Assembly: GCA_964588335.1 (NCBI GenBank)
Contig: CAZPOV010000003.1
Span: 148,125 to 212,124, forward strand
Source: an uncultured Pseudobdellovibrionaceae bacterium
Lineage (GTDB): Bacteria > Bdellovibrionota > Bdellovibrionia > Bdellovibrionales > JAGQZY01
Direction of reading: 5' to 3'
DNA: 64,000 nucleotides
Part shown: positions 37,246 through 46,686 of the stretch, piece by piece
Position numbering within the stretch: position 1 is the first letter of the stretch
How the letters are laid out: each line of letters opens with the position of its first letter
Translations under genes and position numbers: made by a program
Notes under the pieces: model-generated
The model's input: only the letters and a program-made list of their open reading frames with translations
Told to the model about the DNA's origin: nothing
Database searches by the model: none

Positions 37246-40200
37246 ATGAGAAAAGTTTTTATTCTGTTTATTCTTTTCTCAATCAGCTTTGCCTTAAAGG
37301 GTGCTGGTATCCTGAGTGACACCCACAATTCGGTTCTCCTAGCCATTGGATTGGTGATATTGGCAGCCTATACTTTGTCTGAGGTGGGTTCGACTTTGAA
37401 ACTCCCGCGGGTCACCGGCTATATTTTAACTGGTCTTCTCCTGGGTCCTTACGCTTTAAAGATTCTTTCGGTCACTGTTGTTAAAGAAATCGAGATGTTT
37501 AACACCTTGGCGATCGGCTTGATTGCCACAACCGCCGGTTTGGAGCTGCATTTTTCATCACTGAAAAAAGTGATCGCACCTATTTTGTCGACTTCGGCTT
37601 TAAAAATCCTATTTTTAGCGATAACCAGCGTCGGCGCTTTTTATATAGCCAATATGTATATTCACGATTTCGGTCTGGGCATGGGATTACCACTGATCTC
37701 TTTAGCCTTGGTTTTTGCCGCATTGGCTTTAGGAACCTCTCCGGCGATTTCGATAGCGGTTATTTCCGAAATGAAGGCAAAAAGTCGCATGAGCCAAATG
37801 GTTCTGGGTTCGGCCATCGTCAAAGATGTCTTGGTGGTGGTTATCCTTGCGGTTTGTATCTCGTTCACGAAATCGATCACCATTGGTGGCGGGGACATTG
37901 GCTCTAGTTTCTTACATTTGATGGAAGAGCTGGCTTACTCCCTTTTGGCCGGAGGTGTTTTAGGGGCTCTTTTCATTGGCTACTTGAAGTTTGTTCGCAA
38001 AGAAATGTTTTTATTTATTGCGGCTATGATTTTAACCACAGCCGAGGTCAGTCAGACTTTACATCTTGAGCTTCTGTTGGTTTTTATCGTCGCCGGAATT
38101 GTGGTTCGCAACTTCTGTGAGGAGCAACACATTCTGCATGAAGCTCTAGAAAAAGTCTCACTGCCGGTGTTTGTCGTCTTCTTTACCAATGTTGGAGCCG
38201 GTCTGGATTTGACCTCGACCTGGGCTTTCTTACCGGTGGCAGGACTGTTATTTGCCACTCGAGCTTTATCTTTCATAGGTGGTTCTTGGTTGGCCGGCGC
38301 CTGGCATGGTGAATCCGCGCCCATTCAAAAGAAAATATGGCTGGGGTATTTGCCACAAGCCGGGGTCACCCTCGGGTTGATCCAGATTGCTTCAAAAAGT
38401 CTTCCGGAACATGCGTCTATTATAACCAATGTTGGGATCGGCTTGGTAACATTGAATCTTTTAATCGGGCCCATTTTTCTACGCATGGTTTTGCAGGCCG
38501 AGGAGCCGCAAGGGGACACTGAAGAGGAGAGCACTCAAGACTCCACCACCATTGAGGATGTGCAGTCAGAACGACCGCCGCAGAAGCCCGCTGAGGTGTC
38601 TGAGTTTGACAGTGATTTCGACCTCATGCTGCACTCTCACACCGAGGACATGGATGATCCTCTTTTAGAGAAACAGTATTATGAATTGTCACAAGCGGTT
38701 TACGATGTTTTCAAAAAATCGCAAGTTCTCCCTCAAAAAGCCATTTTAAATACCTTTCTGGAAGCCCTTGAGAAAATGGGTGACCTCCCAGAAAAAGAGA
38801 TCGTTAACAAAATCGACGATCATTTTCGCAAAATGGGTGAGAAAGGACGTGACATCTACAATGCGATTGCCGCTTATAAAAAAGAAGTGGATCGACAAGT
38901 TGTGGTTATGAAAAGGCCGTACCCAGCCTCCGGCATTTACCTGCAAAAAGGTGACTCGGTTGTCGTGCAAGCCAAAAAACTTATGCAACGACCTTACTAT
39001 TGGTTTGCCAAGCGTCCGACTCGAGAAATTCCTTTGCGGAAAATAGCGAAATACAACCTTGATCCCATGATTGGCGCTTTTTCACTCAGTATGATCAACT
39101 CCTGGTACCGCTTACTGGGCAAACACATTGCTATTTTTCAAAAATCTTTAGAGGATCATGAGTTCAATTCAACAGAGATTATCGAAAAAATCTCAAAAGA
39201 AAACGAAATCTGGTTTCGTTCCATCCAATCCGATTTTCACAAAGAGTTTTCACAGGCTTCCAATCGATGGGTGAGCCACCTTAGGAACGTCAACACACCA
39301 GCGCTGCCCGATACGCACCTGCGCTACTCACAAGTGGAACCACAGATCTCAGAGAATTTTGAACGGGCCAAGAAATTCTCAGTCAACTGGGAAGAGAAGT
39401 TTGTTTACTGTCGAAACCGCCTAAAGGTGATCGTACAGTCGGCGCTGCTTTCCAATGCCGTTGAAACTCTGCTTGATGAAAAGTTTTTTGGTCCCGTCAA
39501 CACTGCCAAAACCAATACTGACCTTATGGTCAAAGACGTGTTTTCGTTCTTTGATCGCATCGAAAGGGAACTGAAAGAGACGGAGTCTTTTGATAAAACG
39601 GCCTACGAAAAACTGCATCAAGACACCAAAGCTTTTAGTGAAGATCATCTGCAGGCGGAAATTAAGACCAAATATGTGCGTGGAAGCTTTCGCCTGTTAA
39701 ACCGTGATATTTCATTGAATTTAAAAAAGAACCTTCCCAAAGAGGAGGGGTCTTTTCAGATCGCCTCGGAGCAAACACCGGCCGACCAGGTGAGTTCCCC
39801 ATCAGAAATAATAGTCAAGAAAATCAATCTCACCGAACTGTTTGAACAAAGCATTCTTATTAACTTTCTTCCGGTCATTGAAGAAAGAATCGAAGGGGTC
39901 TCAAACTACCTTGAGTCGCTCTTGCTTGAGATGGAGCAGGCCTTCTCAATCATTCACTACAGTCTTGAATCTCAGATTGCCGGCGAATCGGAATTGAACC
40001 CAAAAGAACTCACCGATAGCCTTTTAACGTCGATCACTTCCGAAAGAGAAAAGATCAATGAGATCTATGAAGGACTGGTGAGTTACATCGATTCTTCAAG
40101 TATCGCCACGGAAAAACTTTTAGAAGAGGTTCAAGGTGAGGTTCGTTTGGGGATTGAGCGCTTTTCAGTGGTCAACACCGCCAAAAATCAATTTCGCCAA

Positions 40201-41475
40201 CGTCTTTACAATATTGTGCAAAAGGGCCGACAGCTTAAACATGACGTTGACGATAAAATTGACAGCGCTTATCAGAAAATCAAGAAACTTGGCATTCAGC
40301 AAACCGAGCGTGAAGTTGATCGAGCGATCAGCAACAAAATTCAGTCGAAAACTCTGGACACCACCACCATTCGACAGTTTATCAAAGAAACCTATTCCTT
40401 TGATCGCGAGCTTAAAAAATTACCGCGTGTCTATTTCCGACTTTTCAGTTTGGATCCGATTCAAGATCGACGCTTCTTTGTGGCGCATCGGGATCGCTGG
40501 CGTCACTTTGAGCCCTTCACACGCGACCAGGGTTTTACCGAAAGCCAAAAGATCTTGGTCATCGGCGACCGCGGAATCGGCAAGTCGTCGCTTATCAACG
40601 TGGCTCAGATGGAAATTCAGAACACGCGCTTGATACGCATCGACGGTGAGTCACAAGGTGGTCCGCTCAATGAACTGACTCGAGCTCTAGGCTGCAAGAA
40701 CAACAATGCCTCTATACTGGCTGCGCTTCGTAAAAACGGAGCCACCATCGTGATGGACAACGTCGATCAGATGCTCAGTAAAAACAATCTCGATCGTTTC
40801 GAGCGTCTGTTTGATATTATTAAACAGTCACCTCACGAAGCCCATTGGATTCTTTCAATCACCAGTTTCAACCTGGATCCTTTGGACCGAGCCTTCAAGA
40901 TTCGCAGTCTTTTCAATAAGCTTATTGACCTGAATGAGATCAACTTAGAGACCTGCAAAGAAATCATCTTGGGCCGCCATCGGTTGAGTGGTTTAGAAAT
41001 TGAGTATCCTCGAACCTTAATGAGCGATCTGGCCATGAAAGTCGGTTTTTCTTCTGAGGATGAAATGTTTTTCCGCGTTCTTTATGAACGTTCGGGTGGG
41101 CACCTTCGTCACTTGATCTACCTGTGGCTTCTTAGTCTCGAAGATTCCGATGGCAAGAAAATCAAGCTGTCACTCAATCGCTCTATCGACCGTGGCTTAC
41201 CGATGATTCACGAATTCTCGGTTTTACAAAAATACATTCTTCACGAGCTCTACAGCTTTCATTCACTCAGTGTTCAGCAAATGAGCCAAAACTTGGGAGT
41301 GTCTTACTCCATTGTCGACAACGAAACTCAGTACCTGGAGCACTGTGGACTGATTGAAACCAAAGGGATTGACCGCAGTGTTTTCGAAATCCCCAACCCT
41401 CTGGTGATGCCGGTGGGTACGGAACTTAAAAAGGAGGGCGTCCTGAATGAAGGATTCAACAACTTACGCCTCTAG
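37246..41475 (+). CDS. 1409-aa fusion: N-terminal CPA2 (Kef-like) antiporter domain + acidic linker + ~650-aa helical region + P-loop ATPase (AAA/ATPase_2-like) + C-terminal winged-HTH-like domain
   Basis: CPA2 start LKLPRVTGYILTGLLLGP and ~12 TM segments up to about residue 410. Walker A is VIGDRGIGKSSL (40564-40590) and Walker-B-like ATIVMDNVDQ. The C-terminal LSVQQMSQNLGVSYSIVDNETQYLEHCGLIETKG is wHTH-like. The ATG directly abuts the trkH stop. Confidence 0.8.
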   Translation: MRKVFILFILFSISFALKGAGILSDTHNSVLLAIGLVILAAYTLSEVGSTLKLPRVTGYILTGLLLGPYALKILSVTVVKEIEMFNTLAIGLIATTAGLELHFSSLKKVIAPILSTSALKILFLAITSVGAFYIANMYIHDFGLGMGLPLISLALVFAALALGTSPAISIAVISEMKAKSRMSQMVLGSAIVKDVLVVVILAVCISFTKSITIGGGDIGSSFLHLMEELAYSLLAGGVLGALFIGYLKFVRKEMFLFIAAMILTTAEVSQTLHLELLLVFIVAGIVVRNFCEEQHILHEALEKVSLPVFVVFFTNVGAGLDLTSTWAFLPVAGLLFATRALSFIGGSWLAGAWHGESAPIQKKIWLGYLPQAGVTLGLIQIASKSLPEHASIITNVGIGLVTLNLLIGPIFLRMVLQAEEPQGDTEEESTQDSTTIEDVQSERPPQKPAEVSEFDSDFDLMLHSHTEDMDDPLLEKQYYELSQAVYDVFKKSQVLPQKAILNTFLEALEKMGDLPEKEIVNKIDDHFRKMGEKGRDIYNAIAAYKKEVDRQVVVMKRPYPASGIYLQKGDSVVVQAKKLMQRPYYWFAKRPTREIPLRKIAKYNLDPMIGAFSLSMINSWYRLLGKHIAIFQKSLEDHEFNSTEIIEKISKENEIWFRSIQSDFHKEFSQASNRWVSHLRNVNTPALPDTHLRYSQVEPQISENFERAKKFSVNWEEKFVYCRNRLKVIVQSALLSNAVETLLDEKFFGPVNTAKTNTDLMVKDVFSFFDRIERELKETESFDKTAYEKLHQDTKAFSEDHLQAEIKTKYVRGSFRLLNRDISLNLKKNLPKEEGSFQIASEQTPADQVSSPSEIIVKKINLTELFEQSILINFLPVIEERIEGVSNYLESLLLEMEQAFSIIHYSLESQIAGESELNPKELTDSLLTSITSEREKINEIYEGLVSYIDSSSIATEKLLEEVQGEVRLGIERFSVVNTAKNQFRQRLYNIVQKGRQLKHDVDDKIDSAYQKIKKLGIQQTEREVDRAISNKIQSKTLDTTTIRQFIKETYSFDRELKKLPRVYFRLFSLDPIQDRRFFVAHRDRWRHFEPFTRDQGFTESQKILVIGDRGIGKSSLINVAQMEIQNTRLIRIDGESQGGPLNELTRALGCKNNNASILAALRKNGATIVMDNVDQMLSKNNLDRFERLFDIIKQSPHEAHWILSITSFNLDPLDRAFKIRSLFNKLIDLNEINLETCKEIILGRHRLSGLEIEYPRTLMSDLAMKVGFSSEDEMFFRVLYERSGGHLRHLIYLWLLSLEDSDGKKIKLSLNRSIDRGLPMIHEFSVLQKYILHELYSFHSLSVQQMSQNLGVSYSIVDNETQYLEHCGLIETKGIDRSVFEIPNPLVMPVGTELKKEGVLNEGFNNLRL

Positions 41476-42187
41476 CGCTCTCCCCATTGATTTGCCCGAA
41501 CTATCGATGCAAGTGGTTTCGTTCTTGCAGATTGGTCTTTTTATCGCCTTGGCCACTCTCACTTATTATGTCACCCGCAAGTTTTTACAGACCATGGGAA
41601 ACACTGGCGCACTTGAAAAAAGCACTCTCACTTATCAAGTGTTAAACATCGCCACTTTTGTACTACCGGGATTAATTTTCCTGTATGGTCTTACCAACGT
41701 CTCTCAGGACTCGTTATTTGTTTCTTTATTATTTTTCGTTATTTTCAGCATTGTTTTCGGCTACTCATTGATCGACCCTATGAAGTCCATTTTAGCGGCC
41801 CTGATGATCACTGTGCGTGGCGATCTGCGAGTTGGAGACTACATCACTATGGGAGAGATTGAGGGCGAAATTGCAGCCATAGGAGCCTTTAATATATTGG
41901 TTCTAACAAAAAATGGATCACGGACTTTTATCCCCACCAATAAAATTCTGAACCAGGCTTACGAAATCCACGCTAAAAAAGGCGGGCCATCCATTATGAT
42001 CAACGTGCCATCCGATAAAATCAGCAAACGCAATTTGGAGCGCTTGGCTCACCTGTGTTCCTTCAAAAGAAAAGGTTCTGACATTCGTATTTCAACCATG
42101 GACGGTCAGCATCGTCTTTCCATTGAAATCGTAAACCGTGAAGCTCGCCCTTGGGTGCAAAAATATTTCGACCGCCACCTTCAATAG
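41447..42187 (+). CDS. small MscS-like mechanosensitive channel family protein
   Basis: Three or four TM helices, then GDLRVGDYITMGEIEGEIAAIGAFNILVLTKNGSRTFIPTNKIL (MscS beta-domain pattern). It overlaps the upstream gene by 29 nt. Confidence 0.6.
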   Translation: MKDSTTYASSALPIDLPELSMQVVSFLQIGLFIALATLTYYVTRKFLQTMGNTGALEKSTLTYQVLNIATFVLPGLIFLYGLTNVSQDSLFVSLLFFVIFSIVFGYSLIDPMKSILAALMITVRGDLRVGDYITMGEIEGEIAAIGAFNILVLTKNGSRTFIPTNKILNQAYEIHAKKGGPSIMINVPSDKISKRNLERLAHLCSFKRKGSDIRISTMDGQHRLSIEIVNREARPWVQKYFDRHLQ

Positions 42188-42269
42188 TCTGGCGACGTTG
42201 GCATAGTCTTCAGGCCTATTCTTCAAAATTAGCCCCCAGCATTAGATAATCTTAGTATGGGGGTGATTG

Positions 42270-43109
42270 ATGAAAGTTTGGGGTCTTTTTCTATTTGTTC
42301 TAGGAGTATCGACGCAGGCCTTTGCATTGAATATTGCGAAACCAGTAGAGACAGCTTTTCTCAACGCCGGTGGTTCCAGCAAAGCTCTAACTCATTTGAA
42401 GTGTTTTCTGCATAATTACGGGCAAGCCTCGTTTCGATTAAAAAGCGCGCAATTGTCGGAGCGTTGTAATAATATGGCCGGCAATAAGACAGCTGTGAAC
42501 ATCAACAGCACCAAGCATGTGGTGGTGGTCGATTACACCAAACCCTCATCTCAGCGTCGTCTTTTTATCGTCGATCTGGAAAATCCCCTGCCCCCTTATG
42601 TCGAGACTTACTACGTCAGTCATGGTCGCTACCAAGCCAGCTACGACAATACGATTAAAGCGATCCATCAAAACACCATCGAAGAGATTGATTACTATAG
42701 TAATGTTTATGGCTCCAACGCTTCGTCTTCAGGCTTCTACATCAGCGGACACATCTATCAGGGGCGCTGGGTCGGACCGCAAGGAGACAAGTTTTCACTG
42801 ATTGTTCACGGGATCAATAAAGGTCTTAACGACAATGCCTGTGACCGGGCTGTGGTGTTGCACGGTAACTCTTACATTAAAGAACAAGGCCCTGATCAGG
42901 GCGTGTCTCGTATGAGCAGTGGCTGTTTTATGGTCGATTACGACTGGGTCAACCAAATTATTGGTCAGATTCGCGGAGGTGGTGGCACACACTTTCCAAA
43001 CGAACCGCGCCTGGGTGGCGTTTTACTGTTCACCTATGGCAACACCGAAGCGCAGCTTCCCTCCAACTATTACTGCACCGAGGACAGCCGAAGCAGTCTC
43101 CGGCTCTGA
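42270..43109 (+). CDS. secreted L,D-transpeptidase-like protein (YkuD_2-like)
   Basis: Signal peptide, RRLFIVDL, VSHGRYQ, VVLHGNSYI, and the SSGCFMV catalytic-Cys context typical of the YkuD_2 family. Confidence 0.6.
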   Translation: MKVWGLFLFVLGVSTQAFALNIAKPVETAFLNAGGSSKALTHLKCFLHNYGQASFRLKSAQLSERCNNMAGNKTAVNINSTKHVVVVDYTKPSSQRRLFIVDLENPLPPYVETYYVSHGRYQASYDNTIKAIHQNTIEEIDYYSNVYGSNASSSGFYISGHIYQGRWVGPQGDKFSLIVHGINKGLNDNACDRAVVLHGNSYIKEQGPDQGVSRMSSGCFMVDYDWVNQIIGQIRGGGGTHFPNEPRLGGVLLFTYGNTEAQLPSNYYCTEDSRSSLRL

Positions 43110-43162
43110 TAACCACAACAATGAAAGATGCCGTCAGCCTAAGACGGTCTCCTGAGACGCTT

Positions 43163-44329
43163 TTAACGGATGGCTTCGATACCAGTCACTTCAAGTCCGA
43201 CGACCAGACGATGAATGTCTTCAGTGCCTTCGTATGTGTTGACGGTTTCTAAGTTGAGCATGTGGCGAATCACTGGATACTCGTCAATGATTCCGTTTCC
43301 ACCCAGCATGTCGCGAGCTTCGCGCGCCACATCCAAAGCCATACGACAATTGTTCATTTTTGCAAGAGACACGTGATGGGGCTGCATTTTACCGGCCTCT
43401 TTTAGACGTCCCAATTGCAACGCCAACAATTGTCCTTTGGTGATTTCCTGTACCATCTTCACAAGCTTGGCCTGCGCCAGCTGATATCCAGCCAGTGGTT
43501 TTGTGAAAATCGTGCGTTCTTTCGAGTAGTGAAGAGCCTCGTGATAACAAGTGTTCGCAGCCCCTAATACACCCCAGGCGATTCCATAGCGCGCTTGGGT
43601 TAAGCAACTTAAGGGGCCCTTTAGGCCTTCGATGTTTGGAAGAATGGCATCTTCTGGTATCACACAATCTTGCATGTGCAACTCACTGGTGGTGCTCACG
43701 CGCAACGAGAACTTTCCTTTCATGGTCGACGTGCTGAACCCCTTGGTTTTGGTGTCGACGATAAAGCCACGGACTTTACCATCAAGCTTGGCCCAAACAA
43801 CGGCGATATCACTGACACAACCATTGGTGATCCACATTTTGTTACCATTTAACTTAAAACCACCATCGACCTTTTCAGCGGTGGTCAACATACCGCCAGG
43901 ATTGGAACCGGCATCGGGCTCGGTCAGGCCGAAACAACCGATCATTTCACCTTTGGCCAATTGGGGAAGATATTTTTGTTTTTGCTCTTCCGAACCATAA
44001 GCATAAATCGGATACATCACCAGGGCCCCTTGTACGGAACAAAACGATCGAATTCCTGAATCGGCACGCTCCAGTTCCTGCATCAGCAGGCCATAAGAAA
44101 CATCACCCAATCCTGGGCAATCGTAGCCCTTGATGGTTGAACCCAATAAGCCAAGCTCAGCAAATCGAGGCACCAGCTCCATAGGGAATTTTTCTTCGCG
44201 ATGAGCTTCTTGCAGCTTCGGTATGATTTCCTTTGTGGCAAACTCGCGAACCGTGTTGCGAACCATGAGTTCTTCTTCGCTCAGTAGACTATCAAAATCC
44301 ATATAATTGAGTGATTCATAGGCAGCCAT
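43163..44329 (-). CDS. gcdH: glutaryl-CoA dehydrogenase (acyl-CoA dehydrogenase family)
   Basis: 388 aa with IGCFGLTEPDAGSNPGGM, KMWITNG and the C-terminal YEGTEDIHRLVVG motif. Confidence 0.85.
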   Translation of the reverse strand: MAAYESLNYMDFDSLLSEEELMVRNTVREFATKEIIPKLQEAHREEKFPMELVPRFAELGLLGSTIKGYDCPGLGDVSYGLLMQELERADSGIRSFCSVQGALVMYPIYAYGSEEQKQKYLPQLAKGEMIGCFGLTEPDAGSNPGGMLTTAEKVDGGFKLNGNKMWITNGCVSDIAVVWAKLDGKVRGFIVDTKTKGFSTSTMKGKFSLRVSTTSELHMQDCVIPEDAILPNIEGLKGPLSCLTQARYGIAWGVLGAANTCYHEALHYSKERTIFTKPLAGYQLAQAKLVKMVQEITKGQLLALQLGRLKEAGKMQPHHVSLAKMNNCRMALDVAREARDMLGGNGIIDEYPVIRHMLNLETVNTYEGTEDIHRLVVGLEVTGIEAIR

Positions 44330-44466
44330 GCTGATCTCCTTTTCTCGCTATAAGTCTAGCACCAATGTTTAAATTAGCATTGCTATGACCTATAGGATAA
44401 GGGAAAATGCCCGTTAAGAATAGCTATTGACCCTTATGCATCATATCAATCGGGGAGAGGAGTGAA

Positions 44467-46686
44467 ATGAGTGTTTTTAATCGAGCCGAGGTGATTGATA
44501 AGAACTTCCAGAGTCGTGTCGCCAGCCTGGAACTCCCTAAAAACAGTTCAAACACTCCGTACCATGACGCTGTCATGCCCCCCGAGGAGCTCATAGACCT
44601 GTTTGAAAGCCAAGTCATGAGCCGCTGCCTGGACCTGCGCGCCCGCGAGCTTAAAAAGGATGGTCATTGCTATTATACGATTGGCAGCTCTGGGCATGAA
44701 GGCAACGCCGCCTTCGCCAAAGCCTTCCGCTACACCGATGTTGCTTTTTTACACTATCGAAGCGCGGCTTTTTTTATTCAACGAGCCAAACAGAAAATGG
44801 GATCGACACCGCTTTTTGATCTTTTGCTTTCCTTTATGGCTTCACAAGACGATCCCATTTCTGGTGGACGACACAAGGTTCTGGGCAGTCTGGATCTTTG
44901 CATCCCACCGCAAACTTCAACCATAGCCTCACATTTACCGAAAGCCGTGGGAGCTGCTCTTTCCATTGGCAAGGCCAAAGATTTGCAAATCGCCAGTCGG
45001 TGGCCAGAAAACAGTGTCGCTCTTTGCAGCTTTGGCGACGCTTCGGCCAACCACTCAACGGCCTTGGGCGCCATCAACACCGCCAGCTGGGTGGCCTATC
45101 AAAACATCAAGCTGCCTTTAGTTTATTTTTGTGAGGACAATGGCCTGGGTATCTCTGTTAAAACCCCCAACGAGTGGATCAAGAAAAACTTTTCGGGACG
45201 TCCAGGATTATTGTACCTTGAGTGTGATGGTTTGAATTTGGTCGATGTTTATCAAACCTGTCGTCATGCCGCTCAATATGCCCGAGCCCGCAAGAAACCG
45301 GTTTTTGTGCGTATGAAAACAGTGCGCCTGTTGGGACACGCGGGGAGCGATGTCGAGTCTAACTATCACTCCATGGATTTTATCAAGAACACTGAGGCCC
45401 AGGACCCCTTGTTGCACAGTGCACGTTTACTGATTGAAAATGAAATTTTATCGAGCGAGGAGATTCTTAATCTTTATCAACATGTGAAGCAAAGAATTCA
45501 GCACGTTTCCGATCAAGTGGTCTTGCGCAAACCACTACAGAACATCGAGGACGTGGCGGCATCCATCACGGCTTGCACCCATCCACAGCCCCCTCAACCC
45601 CTGAGTGATGAGGCATCCCGAGAGCCACTTTTTGAAAAAGAATACAGTAAACTCAGCACACCTCAACATATGGCGAAATTGATCAATTGGGGTCTCAACG
45701 ATGTGATGCTTCAATATCCCAACACTTTGGTTTTTGGCGAGGATGTGGCCGAAAAAGGTGGCGTCTATCACGTCACTGACAATCTGAAAAAACGCTTTCG
45801 TTCACGACGAGTGTTCAACTCTCCGCTGGATGAACAAAGTATTTTGGGAACCGCCATCGGTTTGGCCCACAATAATTTTATTCCTATTCCAGAAATTCAA
45901 TTTCTAGCCTACGTTCACAATGCCGAGGATCAAATCCGTGGTGAAGCGGCGACCTTAAACTTTTTTTCAAAAGGCCAATACACCAACCCCATGGTCATCC
46001 GTGTGGCTGGGCTGGCTTATCAAAAAGGCTTTGGAGGCCATTTTCACAATGACAACTCACTGGCCATTTTCCGCGACATCCCGGGGCTGATTATCGCGGT
46101 GCCAAGCCATGGCGCCGATGCCGTTAGAATGCTGAGAACCTGTGTTAAGGAAGCCCATGAGCGAGGCCGGATCAGTGTCTTCATCGAGCCGATTGCTCTG
46201 TACATGACCCGTGACCTTCACGAGGAGAACGACAAAGCCTGGACCTTCCCGTATCCAGATCCTTCCGAGCACGCACCTTTGGGGGAGTGGTCAACCTATG
46301 GCGACGCTGACTCCAAAGTCGTCATTCTCACTTATGGCAATGGCACCTTCTTATCCTTACAAGCCCAGAAACTATTGCAGGAAAAACATGACATCTCATC
46401 ACAAATCATTGATTTAAAATGGATTGCTCCGCTGGATCAAGAAAAGCTAGCCTCTGAAGTTGGCAGCAACAAACATGTTCTCTTCGTCGAAGAATGTCGG
46501 CAAACTGGCTCTTTCGCCGAAGGGGTGATTTCACAGTTGGCCATACGCAACCCGCAAAACCGTTACCAAATTCACGGTGCCGCCGATTGTTTTATTCCTC
46601 TCGGTCCAGCGGCGACAGCGGGTTTACCCAGCCGAGAATCCATAATTAAAGCTGTCCTCGACTTCACAGGAGGAAATCATGAGTAA
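44467..46686 (+). CDS. 2-oxoacid dehydrogenase E1 component, fused alpha+beta subunits (TPP-dependent)
   Basis: 739 aa. The alpha part has SSGHEGN and FGDASANH...YFCEDNGLGIS (TPP motif). The beta part has FGEDVAEKGGVY and NSPLDEQSILGTAIGLA. Confidence 0.85.
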   Translation: MSVFNRAEVIDKNFQSRVASLELPKNSSNTPYHDAVMPPEELIDLFESQVMSRCLDLRARELKKDGHCYYTIGSSGHEGNAAFAKAFRYTDVAFLHYRSAAFFIQRAKQKMGSTPLFDLLLSFMASQDDPISGGRHKVLGSLDLCIPPQTSTIASHLPKAVGAALSIGKAKDLQIASRWPENSVALCSFGDASANHSTALGAINTASWVAYQNIKLPLVYFCEDNGLGISVKTPNEWIKKNFSGRPGLLYLECDGLNLVDVYQTCRHAAQYARARKKPVFVRMKTVRLLGHAGSDVESNYHSMDFIKNTEAQDPLLHSARLLIENEILSSEEILNLYQHVKQRIQHVSDQVVLRKPLQNIEDVAASITACTHPQPPQPLSDEASREPLFEKEYSKLSTPQHMAKLINWGLNDVMLQYPNTLVFGEDVAEKGGVYHVTDNLKKRFRSRRVFNSPLDEQSILGTAIGLAHNNFIPIPEIQFLAYVHNAEDQIRGEAATLNFFSKGQYTNPMVIRVAGLAYQKGFGGHFHNDNSLAIFRDIPGLIIAVPSHGADAVRMLRTCVKEAHERGRISVFIEPIALYMTRDLHEENDKAWTFPYPDPSEHAPLGEWSTYGDADSKVVILTYGNGTFLSLQAQKLLQEKHDISSQIIDLKWIAPLDQEKLASEVGSNKHVLFVEECRQTGSFAEGVISQLAIRNPQNRYQIHGAADCFIPLGPAATAGLPSRESIIKAVLDFTGGNHE

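Noticed and set aside
40136-40633. A 165-aa alternative-frame plus-strand ORF inside the 1409-aa gene, close to the Walker A region.
   Set aside because: The main frame is continuous through this region and carries the recognisable P-loop motif. The alternative frame is Ser/Arg/Trp-rich with no motif, so I see no evidence of a frameshift.
43110-43162. The hairpin gccgtc-agcctaa-gacggt between the convergent YkuD_2 and gcdH genes as a bidirectional terminator.
   Set aside because: The stem is only 5-6 bp and has no flanking U/A runs, which is too weak to call.
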